From the NCBI RefSeq assembly GCF_018977255.1, contig NW_024704742.1:68264001-68328000 (forward strand): a stretch of DNA of 64,000 bases. The letters are read 5' to 3'. This document shows, piece after piece, positions 25,205-36,987 of this stretch. This stretch comes from Callorhinchus milii. Lineage: Eukaryota. Numbering within the stretch: position 1 is the first letter of the stretch; each line of letters starts with the position of its first letter. The position numbers and the translations under genes are program-made. The notes below the pieces were generated by a model. That model searched no databases. It was not told the DNA's origin and worked only from the letters and a program-made list of their open reading frames with translations.

Positions 25205-27024
25205 GAGGAGCAGTCTGTGGCAATTAGGAGGGACCCCCGCTTCACCATGCTGTGCCGCTACGCGACCGAGCACCTCAGGGGCTTCAGCTCGCTGCAACTC
25301 ATCGGGGTCTTGATAGCGCTGACTCGCCTGGCTCTCCCACCCGCCCACCCATTCCTGCACCCGTGCGAGGCCGAGTTCTGTCGCCGTGTGTGGGACATGG
25401 GCTTCGAGGAGCTGCTGTTGGTGGCCGACCTGTGGCGTTACCTGGGCCGCAGTGTGCCACGATTCCTGGAGATGGTGGCCAGCTACGCCGGGGTGCGCTG
25501 GAAGGCCCTGAGCCTGCCCCAACTCGTTCAGTTCATCTACATCATTGGCGAGAACCGCCGCGCCCCGGCAGAGCTGATGCAGAAGTTGGAGATGCTGGTC
25601 TCACTGTATCTGGACCAGATGAACCTGGAGGAAGTGGGGGCTGTTTGCTTGGGCTTTTTCAAATCCAGCCACGGGCTATCAGAGAACCTCATGAAGAGAA
25701 TTGGGGATATGGTGCTGGCCCACGTGGAGGATATCAGCAACTACGCTCTGGTCAATGTGATGAAGATGTTCCGCTACACCCACGTGGATCACTTGCCGTT
25801 CCTGAAGCGACTGGGGGAAGCCGTGTCGGATCGTGTCCCTGGGATGGGTACCCAGGGAGTCATGCACGTTGTGCTGTCCTGTGCCTCCCTGCACTACCGC
25901 GACGAGCTCCTTCTGAGCGCGGTGGCCGCAAGCATCCCCTCCAAGGCTCCGCACTGCCGCAGCAAGGATGTGGCCAAGTTCCTATGGTCCTTCTCGTCCC
26001 TGAACTACGAGCCCCGAACGTGGAGGAGTTTTACCGCTGCCTGACGGAGCAAGTGCACAGGAAGATGCAGGAGTTTGAGAGGTTCCCCGAGCACCTGCTG
26101 ACGGCCCTACTGGCCCTGGCCTTTACAGGGCGCTACCCTCACGACCTGCTCGATGTGGCCCTCAGCCCACAGTTTGTACACCTCGCCCTCAGCAGCAGCG
26201 CGTTTGAACTGAAGCGGGATCTCTTCACTCTTGAGGGCTCTGTGGCCATCGAGTGTCCCCATTACACAGGCCATCGCCTCCCCCTTCCACTGCAAGAGGA
26301 GATCTCTGAGGCCCTGCGGGCCTTTGCCAGGCAGGAGATCTGCACAAAGCCGGAGATGACGGAGGCTGAGAGCTCGCTGCGGGTTCTGCTGGGAGGCCCT
26401 GAGTACGTCAAGAACCACACCATCCTACCTCATGCCAGGTCAGCTGAGCTGGAGGTGCACTTTGACCTCTCCGGCAAACCTCTGCCCTTCAACACTGAAG
26501 CACCCGGGAAAAACAAGCCCAAACGCAAGCTGAACTTCAGCGGGATTCAAGTCACTGATCTGCTCATTTCTCAGCTCACAAAACGCAACTGCCCTGGTGC
26601 TCAAGGCCCAGCTGAAACCTCAGCAGTGGCTCCCGAGGGCGATGTGGTCGGACCTGAAGCTGGATTTCAAGATCACAACCGCAGAGCGTCGTATGAAGCA
26701 GCGTTTAGAGATGGGATATCTCTGACCAATGGTCTCTTGGAATCATTGAATTTCTCGAAGGTTCCAGCGAAGGAAGCCCTTCACCAGCCCGATCAGCTCC
26801 CCGAGACCCCCCGGAAACTCGCCATTCAGGTGTCCAACCGCAACCACTATTGCCACTCCTCACGCATCCTCTTGGGCTTGCACAGCATGAAGAGGAGGCA
26901 GCTGGTTCAAGCTGGTTACGTGGTGGTTGAGCTTCCCCATTGGGAGTGGTTTCCGTTGCTTAAGAGAACTCGCTCCGAAAAGCTGGCTTACTTACATCAG
27001 AAACTGTACAGTGCGCTGGACTGA
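25205..27024 (+). CDS. FASTKD5: FAST kinase domain-containing protein 5 (mitochondrial RNA processing; C-terminal RAP domain), 5'-truncated by the gap, apparent 1-nt deletion at 26012-26015
   Basis: Frame 1: LLLVADLWRYLGR...VKMFRYTHVDH-like...HCRSKDVAKFLWSF. Frame 2: NVEEFY...LLGGPEYVKNHTILPH...LAIQVSNRNHYC...LLGLHSMKRRQL...VVELPHWEWFPLLKRTRSEKLAYLHQKL. Intronless over the visible part, inside UBOX5 intron 1. Confidence 0.93.
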
Positions 27025-27452
27025 ACATGCAAAAAGGCGAGAGAACCATGGGGTCCAATTTGTGATATTTCATAACTTCCTTCGATTCGCACGGAAACGG
27101 TTTGGGTCAAGTCGGCATGACATAATTACTGAATTATGTTGTAATAGTCAACAATACTGTTGTTGTAATAGTCCCTTTTAAAAAAAACCTAATGATTATT
27201 TGGCTACTCATCCACACATGTTTGTGGAACACTGCGCAAGGGGAGTTTCGTCCACAAAATTTACAGTGAATTGACTTTACCGTATGTCCTGTGAAACTCT
27301 GAGACATCTCAACAACATAAGGAGCTATATCAGATGTAAGGAATATTATTATTATTACTGAAGGAATCCCTATTTCTGCATCTACGATTCCTCTTTAAGT
27401 AAGAACTCGATATATACACCGAGCAGAATGCTGAGTACATTGAAAAGCTGGT

Positions 27453-27458
27453 AATAAA
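27453..27458 (+). terminator. Likely FASTKD5 polyadenylation signal (intronic relative to UBOX5)
   Basis: AATAAA ~430 nt after the stop, followed by T/GT-rich atgttttatttgtatgttggtttc. Confidence 0.55.
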
Positions 27459-28344
27459 AGAGAATCATCCAGATGTTTTATTTGTATGTTGGTTTCATTT
27501 CAAAATTTGATCATAAAATGGTATTTTCGTTTGGTGTTAGAAATTATGCAACAATTGAAATTCGGATGAGTGCTCTTCAGGCAGAGGAGGTTGATTCCAT
27601 TTCAATACAATTACATTCCCACAGTACTTTTCACGTCAGGAGGACATCTCAAAGTGCTTCACATTGCTGGCTGGAGCGGCCAAACTGGGGGTGGGTGGGA
27701 GCTGAATGAGGATGGGGAGGAGAAATATGAACGAAAGAATGGTCAAAGAGGTACATCTTAAGATGTAAGTGAGGGAGGGAGTGAATCGGAGGGACTCCGG
27801 GATGGAATTCCGCAGTGCTGGGGACCCTTAGTTTTTGCAAAGATTTTGTCATCTGAGAAAACTAGAACAATAAAAATGATGTCGGCAGAACTCTCTCTCA
27901 AACAGCAGCACTTTTGAAGCTGTGTTTGGTGTCCAAGCTCCAGGTGCGCATTATGTCTAGGAACAGGCGGAGGCCATTCAGTCTATCGATGGAGGATTGC
28001 TTTCCAACGGGAAATGATCTCTTCAAAAATAAATAAATAATAATTTGGTCACTGAATCAACAACTGTTTGTGGGACCTGCTGTGCGTAATTGCCTGCAGT
28101 ATTTCACCCACAAAATTGTACAACCAATTCCCTTTATAGTATATTCTGTGAGGCACTTTGAGTCGTCTTAACAACATGATAAGGCTCTTTATCAAATACA
28201 AGGATTATTATCATAATTATTCAATCCCCCTCCAACAGTTTATTAAGCCATGGAGATCTTTTAATCCTTTCCCTCCCCCCCCCCCCCCATACATCTTAAT
28301 ATCAGGTCTCAGCTCCCACCCCCAGCTCGGCTGGCCAGCAGTAG

Positions 28345-28610
28345 ACGACAACAACAACAACAACAACTTGGATTTATATAGCGCCCTCCACGCCGGATGG
28401 CGTCTCAGAGCGCTTCACAGTAACGGATCCCGGCGCCGAGCCAGGGGGAGGGGTGGGAAGGTGACCAAAGGCGCGGTCGAAAAGAAAGGTCTTCAGCAGA
28501 GACCTGAAAATAGGAAGGGAGGGAGCAAGACGAAGGGAGTGGGGAAGGGAGTTCCAGAGCCTCGGGGCATAGTGGCTGAAGGCACGGCCACCGAGGGTGG
28601 AGCGGGGGAC
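28345..28610 (-). mobile_element. L2 3' end (second subfamily)
   Basis: (aac)n then ttggatttatatagcgccc tail in reverse; close match to 35068-35297 in the opposite orientation. Confidence 0.8.
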
Positions 28611-28954
28611 GAAGAAATTCAGAGTAAATCAATAGTTATTATAACAATTGCAAATGTACATAAATTCTGATATGTAGAAAGAATGAAAAATAAATCTTTT
28701 GATTATAAGCTGTAGGAATGCCATGTTTTTTTTTCCTCTGGTTATAACTAGAGAGGATACAAAGACTGTCCCACCCTGCCCTGATTTTCTGTGTGTTTGT
28801 GTGTGTTTGGCTTTTGTAATGCCTTGGGACGTCCTCCCGACATGAAAGTTGCTATACAAATGTAATTTTGTTGTTGTTGTAACACATATCCTGTGCTCTT
28901 AGATTCATGTGATTTAGTGTGTTTTTTCCCCCTGCACACGGGACACTCCCTCTT

Positions 28955-29750
28955 GGTGGCATCATCCGCAGACATGGGGTCAACTTCCACATGTATGCGG
29001 ATGACACCCAACTCTATCTTCTGCCTCCACTCTCAACTCCAGGACCACTGCTGCCCTGACAGACTGTCTGTCGGACATCAAGTCCTGGATGAGGGCAAAT
29101 TTCCTACAGTTGAATGTGAATAAGACTGAGACCCTCCCGATTGGCTCACGCCAGCGCCTCAGCACCTCAGGCTCCGGCAGCATCAACCTCCATGGTTGCA
29201 CACTACAGCTCACCAAACCAGTCAGGAACAGATAATCCAGATCTCTGCAGCCCGTGTCCTCTCCCGCACCAAACTCCGTGACCCCATCTCCCCCATTCTC
29301 ACCCGACTCCATTGGTTCCCTATCCTTCAGAGGATCCAGTTCAAGATCCTGGTCCTCACTTACAAAGCCCTCCATGGCCTCGCCCCACCCTACCTCTGTG
29401 ACCTCCTAACCCACTACCAACCCGCCCACTCCCTCCGCTCAGCCGGCTCTGGCCTGCTCCACTTCCCCCGACCCACCCGCCCCACCATTGGTGGGAGAGC
29501 CTTCAGCCACTCTGCCCCCAACCTCTGGAATTCCATCCCCCAGTCACTCCGCCTCGGCCCCTCCTTAGCCTCCTTCAAGTCCCGCCTCAAAATCCTCCTC
29601 TTCGACCATGCCATCGGCCACCCCCCTTCCCCTCCCCTCCCTTCTGCCCCCCTGACCACAGCTCGGGTCTGAAATGCTGTACACTATCCAGCGCCTTGGG
29701 ACGTCCTCCAAAAGTAAAAGGCACTGTACAAATGTAATCTTGTTGTCGTT
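28955..29750 (+). mobile_element. L2 LINE ORF2 end and 3' UTR with an internal deletion near 29228
   Basis: [55 protein letters not shown]...LWNSIP. Confidence 0.92.
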
Positions 29751-30908
29751 AACCAATTTTGCTCGCTCTCCATATCCTTTAATATTCCTCATCTTAAACT
29801 AATTCCCTTTTATAATAATTTTTGGATTTTTGGGGAGAAATTTCTTTTGGGCGTAGATTTACTGTTATGTAGCCTTTCAGAGAGTCCAGAATTTAGCATA
29901 TTCTTACCAACAGCTCAATTTTGAAACTGTTTTTCCATACGTCCGTGTAAGCTTTTAGCAGTGGCTATGACAATCGCAGTATTTTGGGATCCAATACAGT
30001 CTTAGAGCCAGGCCTGCTAGAACTGGTCAGGAAGTATTTCTTCACACAAGAGGGTTGTGGAGATATGGAACGATCTGTCCCAGAAAGCTGTTATGATGGA
30101 ATCATTAGGGGTATTAAAAAGAGATAGACAGAGACTTGGTATTAGAGCTTTGAGTGGATGGCGAGAGGTTCGTACTAAAAGATCTACCAAGATTTAATAA
30201 ACTTGAAAGCTTAAGAGCTGAAGTCCTGATATTGGGGTGGTCTGACAAGTGCTGTGTGCTTACCAACAGTTATTATAATAATAATAGTCCTTGCATTTGA
30301 TGTTGTGCCTTATTATGTCGCTGAGACGTCTCAAAGTGATTCACAGGATATATTGTAAATAATATTATCCCATGAATGACCCTATGTAAGGGTGTGGCTC
30401 AGATTTATAGAACCAAAGAAATACAATAATAATACTTACGTTGACGTAGCGCCATTCACGTCAAGAAGATGTCCCAAAGCACTTTACAAGATGCTTTGTA
30501 AAGTTTGTATTTTTTGTAAAGGTGAAAGCTAATATGGATTCTGCTTCAACCATGGTTCCAGGTATTTTCAGGTTGGGGTCTCCATGTCCTAAAAATCTGC
30601 TCCAAGACATTATCCTTCTTGAACAGTGCTGTATAAATACAAGTTGTTGTTTGTACAAACAAATTCTCACGTCGCCCTTTGTTCGTTTTTAATTACCAAC
30701 AAAAATACAGTGAAGCTCGTTGAGGAATCCTGAGGTGAAAAGCGCTCTGGCTAGGATTATTTATATCTATGCCCTTTAATCACTGGCTCACTGACCAGTG
30801 GACTAAATTTCTCCCTGTTTACAATTCTCTTGTAATTCCAGTGTGGATGGTCTCTTGTTTTCCTGTAGGATCTAATGTCGCAGCTGGCCATTGACTCAAG
30901 TGGACGGA

Positions 30909-30962
30909 ATGACCTTGAACCTTTGTCTGCCGCATTTCCGACCAAGGATACATTGCAATAAG
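30909..30962 (+). CDS. UBOX5: UBOX5 (RNF37) coding exon 1 (exon 30869-30962)
   Basis: tcctgtag acceptor; ATG 30909; MTLNLCLPHFRPRIHCNK matches the recalled UBOX5 N-terminus; donor AAG|gtaagg, phase 0. Confidence 0.9.
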
Positions 30963-31509
30963 GTAAGGCAGGTGCCAGTCCGTGCAGGTGAATATTGTGA
31001 CTGAAGCTATAGTGAGATTCCAGTGCATTCGCTTCGCAAACCCAATGTCTGTCACATTTGCCTCACAGACGGCAAATTGAAAGCAATGGGAATTGTTGCA
31101 CTGAAATAACCCGCAGATGATCTTTGACGATCTGTATCCCGTGCAGTCGCCCTACCTGTTCACTGCTTGGCACCAGCCTCATTCCATCGCACAGCAATTT
31201 CCCTCAAACAGTTGTGGTTTGAACGACCAAAATATATATATGTGTTTTGAGGGATTATTACCCCAGAAAGTGATCTGCCAATCAACTAACAATCAGGTTC
31301 CTAGGTAAACAAAGGGTTGTGGGGTAAGGAAACTTGTCTAAGGTTCCTGCCTGCCTGGGAATTGAACTTGGGTCCTTTCACTTGGCAGACGAGTACGCTA
31401 ACCAATACACAATGGGAATGCTAGCAAATTTGCTTTTCTTTTTAATTAAAACCTGATCAATGTTACCAAAAAAGAGTTGTGTTTAAACAAAAATATATTT
31501 CTGCTCCAG

Positions 31510-32094
31510 GTCTGTGCTGACGGTTACGAAGTGAGCAACCTGATATCCGCAGACCCCCAGCAAAGAGCTCGTGGATTCCGCTCCGAATACTTCATCAAAC
31601 CTCCTCTGGACATCACCGTTTCCTTCCCGTTTAGCAGCGACATTTGCCGGGTGGAGGTGGACGTGTCGGCTGGATCGCAGAGCTCGATCGCTTTGTCCAT
31701 CTTCACCTGTAGCTCGTGTGGCTGGAGCGACGTGAAGGGGAACAAGGATGGTTCCTCACATCCGCCAGTGCCGGCGTTCTCCGATAAAGACACGTTCACG
31801 CTGGTTGGAAAGGTTGTCCTGAAAAACCACCGCAGAGTGCTGTTTCGACACAGAGCCTTTAAGCCAAGGGCTCCTTTCACCAAGGTGCAGCCTGTGGTTG
31901 CAGACGACAGTGTCCTGATCCAAGATCTGTGGAGCAAAGGGCCCTGGTCGCTGGGTGGCGTGAGGCACTTCAGAATCTGCATCGCCTTCGTGTCGGGCGG
32001 ACACTTGCCTTGCCTAAAGAGGCTGAGCGTTTGGGGGCAGCCGGCCAGATCCTGCCCACTAGTGGTCATCGAAAGCCTCTTCCAAGTCCATCGT
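31510..32094 (+). CDS. UBOX5: UBOX5 coding exon 2 (N-terminal domain)
   Basis: ctccag acceptor; VCADGYEVSNLIS...GFRSEYFIKPP...LKRLSVWGQPARSCP...FQVHR; donor CGT|gtaagg; 585 nt, phase 0. Confidence 0.9.
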
Positions 32095-32764
32095 GTAAGG
32101 AGACTTCTACTTTTATTGCTTAATTAACGATGAAATAACAGGCGCACAATTTGGAGGTTCAACAATTGTTTGCTTCATTATAGTTCCACAGTCAACGATT
32201 ATACAAAGAACAATAACCTGGGTCAATAGAAAATTGCACCTGCGATTTTTTTTTCCGCTAAAACAAATACCCTCCGATAAAGCAAACGCCCTCTGAGAAA
32301 ATCTTAAAAAATGCACTGTGCTCGGCCTGGCCTCTGCACGCTGCTGCCGGCTGTTTGCTCAACACCTCTGTGGTTAGATTAGCAACAAAATGTGCCTCTC
32401 AAAAGTACCAATCAATCCCCCTCAATTTTCCACCATATTTGCCAAAACTCCCCATCACTTTCTGCAAAATTTTGTCAAATTTCCCTGCAATTTTTAGCAA
32501 ATATTTCTGCAATTTTTCTTGATCCTGGCACTAACCCACTACCACTAGACACCATATTGGAAGCAACCAGGTTATCAGAGGATTAAGTATTAATCATTTA
32601 CCTATCCCTGGGAGAGCAGTAGACAGCTGGGAGTCATCAGATCTGCATCTCATGGTTCTTGATTGAACTATCCATTTTTATACCTGACTGGGTTCTGTGT
32701 ACTGTGTATTGGGTACCCAATTCACTTATAATACAATATATTCTGTGAAGCGCTTTGAGACGAT

Positions 32765-33070
32765 AGCATAGCTAGGGAGAAACTATTTCCTCTGGTGGGA
32801 GAATCCAGAACAAGGGGCATCATCTTAAAATTAGAGCTCGACCATTTAGGAGTGAAATCAGGAAGCATTTTTTCACCCCCAAGCGTAATGGAAATCTGGA
32901 ACTTTCTCTCCCAAAAGGCTGTGGTGCTGGATCCACAAAGGTGGATAGATATTTGTTAGGTCAGGTTATCAAGGGATATGGGGCAAAGGCGGGTAAATGG
33001 AGTTGAGGTACAGATCAGCCATGATCGAATAGAATGGCAGAACAGGCTTGAGGGGCCTCCTCCTATTCCT
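32765..33070 (+). mobile_element. CR1 LINE 3' end in a UBOX5 intron
   Basis: gagaaactatttcctctggtgggagaatccagaacaaggggcat...tttaggagtgaaatcaggaagc...cagatcagccatgatc. Confidence 0.75.
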
Positions 33071-33160
33071 CTGTCTCAATGACATGATAAGGCACTATAT
33101 CAAAAAATTCAAGGATTGTTATTACTATTATTATGTTAACTCTTTCCTTACTCTTTCCAG

Positions 33161-33734
33161 CGCTTGTGTCAGGAGACGGCTGACCGGGCCGAGTCAGTGT
33201 TCGGGGCTGAGGACACGTGTAGCACCGCGACCGGCAACGGCCTGGGACCGAGCACGAGTGCAGCTCCTGCTGTCACGGAGGACATCCCGGAGGAATTCCT
33301 GGATCCCATCACCTCCGACATCATGGCTCTCCCTGTGCTGCTTCCTTGCGGAAAAGCGGTTGATCAGAGCACGCTGGAGAAATACCTGCGGGGAGAGGCC
33401 ACGTGGGGCCGGGGGCCGAATGACCCCTTCACCGGCGTTCCCTTCAGCCGTCACTCCAAGCCGGCCCCTCACCCCGTGCTCAAAGCCAGGCTGGACAGCT
33501 TCCTGCTGCGCACCGCTGTGCCGGGCCGCACTGTCGTGGGGAGAACTCGAGCGGGAATCATCCCTTCATCCTCGGTGAAGAGGGAACGTGAGCCAGTGGA
33601 CGCCGCGGCCATGGTCCCCTCCTCCACCCCACAAACCATCAGCTTATCCGCCGGTGGAGATTCGGACACAGCCTGTGCCGCAAAGAGATTCAAGGCAGAA
33701 GTGAAACATTTACCAGGAGTTGGAGAAGAGCCAG
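33161..33734 (+). CDS. UBOX5: UBOX5 coding exon 3 (U-box)
   Basis: ctttccag acceptor; RLCQET...DIPEEFLDPITSDIMALPVLLPCGKAVDQSTLEK...PNDPFTGVPF; donor CCAG|gtacag; 574 nt, phase 1. Confidence 0.9.
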
Positions 33735-34034
33735 GTACAGACTTTGGTGTCTTATTCAGGGTTTGTTTTCCTCTCCTGTTCTTCATTTCAGAGCCTTTTT
33801 AATACTATTAGTAATAACAATAATCCTTGCATTTGATATAGCGCCTGATTACGTCCCGACTCGACATTTCATATGCCCTCCTCACTGATGTCTCCAGCTC
33901 CACCATGCACAGGATCCAGCTGATCCAAAACTCAGCCACTTGCATACTTACCCGTACTAAACTCTGTTCTCCATCACACCAGTCCTCTCCATGCTCCATT
34001 ATGGCATCTAGTGGTAGTGGGTTATTGCCAGGGG

Positions 34035-35297
34035 AGCCACAGTACAGTACAGAGACTGCGCTTGTGAAAGTCACAAATGACATCCTCCCTTGTCCTCCTG
34101 GACCTCTCCACGGCGTTCGATACAGTCGATCACGCCATCCTCCTCCACCGCCTTTCCTCCGTCATCCACCTCAGTGGGACTGCACTCGCCTGGTTCGAGT
34201 CCTACCTCACAAACCGCCAACAGTACATCTGCACAAACAGCTTTTCCTCCCGATCTCACCCGGTTACCTGTGGGGTACTCCAAGGATCCATCCTTGGCCC
34301 CCTCCTCTTTCTGATCTACATGCTCTCTCTTGGGGATGTCATCCACAGACATGGGGTACATTACCACATGTGTGCGGACGACACCCAATTCTATTTTTCC
34401 ACCTCTCTTTGCGACCCCCAGTCCCCTGATGTTCTGTCAGTCTGCCTGTCAGACCTCAGGAGCTGGATGAGCGCAAATTTCCTTCAGCTGAACAATGACA
34501 AGACGGAAGCCATACTCTTCGGCTCTCGTCAACATCTAAAATCTCACGGCTCTCACCTCCTCCACCTACCCGACCTCCCCCTAAAACTCTCTGAACCCAT
34601 ACGCAACCTCGGCGTCAGGTTCAACCTCCAATTATCCTTCCTCCCCCACATCCGATCCCTCACCAGCACCGCCTTCTTCCACCTCCGACGCATCGCCCGT
34701 CTCCGCCAATACCTCTCTCCGAAAGTCGCTGAAACCCTGGTCTCATGCTTTTGTCACCTCTTGGCTCGACTACTCTAACGCCCACTTCGCCGGTCTCCCA
34801 TTCACTACCATCCATAAAATCCAGATCATTCAAAACTCTGCCGCCTGCATTCTCACCCGCACGAAACTCTGCTCTCCGATTACCCCAGACCTTGCCACAT
34901 TGCACTGGCTGTCTGTCCCAGAGAGGATCGACTTCAAGATCCTCACCCTTGTATTCAAATCCCTCCACTCCTCTGCACCCCCTACTTCTCTGACCTCTCT
35001 TCTCAAACCAGTACCTGTTGCCTTCATTCCTTTGGGTCTGGCCTCCTCCTTGTCCCCTGAGTCCTCCGCTCCACCCTCGGCGTCCATGCCTTCAGCCACT
35101 ATGCCCCGAGGCTCTGGAATTCCCTTCCTCACTCCCTTCGCCTTGCTCCCTCTCTTCCTATTTTCAGCCTTTCTTTTCGACCGCGCCTTTGGTCACCTTC
35201 CTCTCCCTCCCCTTGGCTCGGCCCTGGGATCCGTTACTGTGAAGCGCTCTGAGACGCCATCCGACGTGGAGAGCGCTATATAAATCCAAGTTGTTGT
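34035..35297 (+). mobile_element. L2 LINE ORF2 RT domain to 3' end
   Basis: STETALVKVTND, LLDLSTAFDTVDH, GVLQGSILGPLLF, HMCADDTQFY, NFLQLNNDKTE, LHWL. Confidence 0.95.
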
Positions 35298-35299
35298 TC

Positions 35300-35700
35300 C
35301 ACTGGCTGTCTATTGCCGAACAGATCGATTTCAAGTTTTCAAATTTCTTCATGCCCTGGCACCTCTGTACCTCTCTGACCTGCTTATTTCTTAACCCACT
35401 ACCCGTTATCTCCGATCAACTGGCTCCAGCCTTCTGCTTATCCCTTCGTGCCCTCATTTCCACCATCGGCAGCCGCGCTTTCAGCCCCTAGGTCCCGAAA
35501 CTCTGTAACACTCTTCCTCTAACCCTCTGCCTTGCCCCTTCCCTACCCGTCTTCAGATTGCGCCTGAAGACCTTCCCATTCGACTGTGCCTACGGTCACC
35601 TCCCCCACCCCCTGGCTCAGGGTCATGCTCCATGACTGTCAAGTTCTCTGGGACACTGCCCTGCGTGAGGGGTGCTTTTTAAACGCAAGTTGTTGTTGTC
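35300..35700 (+). mobile_element. Older L2 3' fragment
   Basis: HWLSIAEQIDFK remnant, tail aaacgcaagttgttg. Confidence 0.7.
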
Positions 35701-36204
35701 ATTGAGACGTCTCAAAGTACTTCACAGAATATATTGTAAAGTGAATTGACTGTATTTTGTGAGTGAAATATGGCAGCCAATTGCACACAGCAGTGTCCCA
35801 CAAACAGTCGTGGATTGAGTGACCAAATGGATGTATGGAATTCGCAGTTTGGTTTGGATACTCTTGAGCATGGCAATGGGTTTCTGCATGTATCAGAGAT
35901 GCAGCTAACCAAAAAAAATTACAATTTGCCAGTACACAGCCATGACAGCCAATGCGTTTTCATTTACTAAAAATCTTCTGATGGTTAATTTTGCAATTTT
36001 TAAAAAATTAAGTACAGCTTTCTAACAGTAATTATGATAATATCGCCCTTCTCTTTTCGAATAGCTCCATGAGATCTGTAACACCCACCGGACCTCGGTT
36101 TAATGTCTCATCCAAAGGATGGGAAGTACACGACACATGTCACTGTGACTCAACGGAACCTGCTTCCTCTCTCTCCCCAAACGTCAAATGAGTTGGACTG
36201 CTTT

Positions 36205-36620
36205 TCTTTTTGTTTTGGTCAGCCGGGTGTCTGACGCATGCAGAAATCCATCACCACGCTTCAGAGTATCTGAACCAAACTGAGAATTCCATGGCATCCC
36301 AACTACACACGGAAATCCCAGAGATAGATTGTTGGAATGGAATGTGCGCTCTCTCCCTGGAGGGACACATCTCGCTTACCTAATTCCAGAAAGTATTAGG
36401 CACGGGGTGGTAAGACCTAAGGCTTAGGGATCCGAGAGTCTGCGTTGGGGTAACTGCTGGAGTCTAACCAGTTAAAATCCAAACTGCTGGAGTCTAACCA
36501 GTTAAAATCCAAGCTTTGCCGCTGCTTGTCCAGCTAGGACCACCCTACCTGTTAGGGCTTTGGCTTACAGAGTTAACAGGGGCTGAGTGGGAGGATTCTC
36601 TGTCCCCAGTGACTAGTGTT
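36205..36620 (-). mobile_element. Family C repeat with an internal ~30-bp tandem duplication (aactgctggagtctaaccagttaaaatcca x2)
   Basis: Aligns to 11797-12030 and 56190-56595. Confidence 0.75.
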
Positions 36621-36751
36621 TTTCCTGAGAGTGGGCGTCACAGAAGTACAGATTTCCGAATAAGGAAATCTGTTGGGAAGTAATGACCACTTTGTCTTTC
36701 CATGCAATTAAATTATTTGTGTGTGTGTGTCTGTCTGTCTGTCTGTGTTAG

Positions 36752-36886
36752 GTGCCATCTCCCATGAGCAGCGGTTATCACAGAGTCTGGACAGTGCTTT
36801 GGCTTCCGCCCTCAGTACCTTCCCATCATTCACGGACAGACAAAGGCCCCCCATAGCTGGCAGCAGCAACACCGGCTGTGCGGCAG
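36752..36886 (+). CDS. UBOX5: UBOX5 coding exon 4
   Basis: tgttag acceptor; GAISHEQRLSQSLDSALASALSTFPSFT matches the recalled UBOX5 SHEQ..SQSL motif; donor GCAG|gtactg; 135 nt, phase 1/1. Confidence 0.88.
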
Positions 36887-36987
36887 GTACTGGAATCTTG
36901 GGCCTCCGGGGCCCGTTCTGGAATTGCCTTGTTCTGTTCTTAACAAAAAATAATAATAAAGATGTTGTTCTCACCGTTCTTCCACAG

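Noticed and set aside
23803..25522. G/V/C/W and H/T/P ORFs, including the false N-terminus fused to FASTKD5
   Set aside because: A G/T-only tract has almost no stop codons; these ORFs also read through Ns
25252..26010. First ~250 aa of the 590-aa ORF as an overlapping protein
   Set aside because: Shifted frame of GC-rich FASTKD5; only the part after ~26016 is FASTKD5-like
25205..27024. FASTKD5 as a pseudogene
   Set aside because: Only one homopolymer indel, no other lesions, syntenic position; sequencing error is more likely
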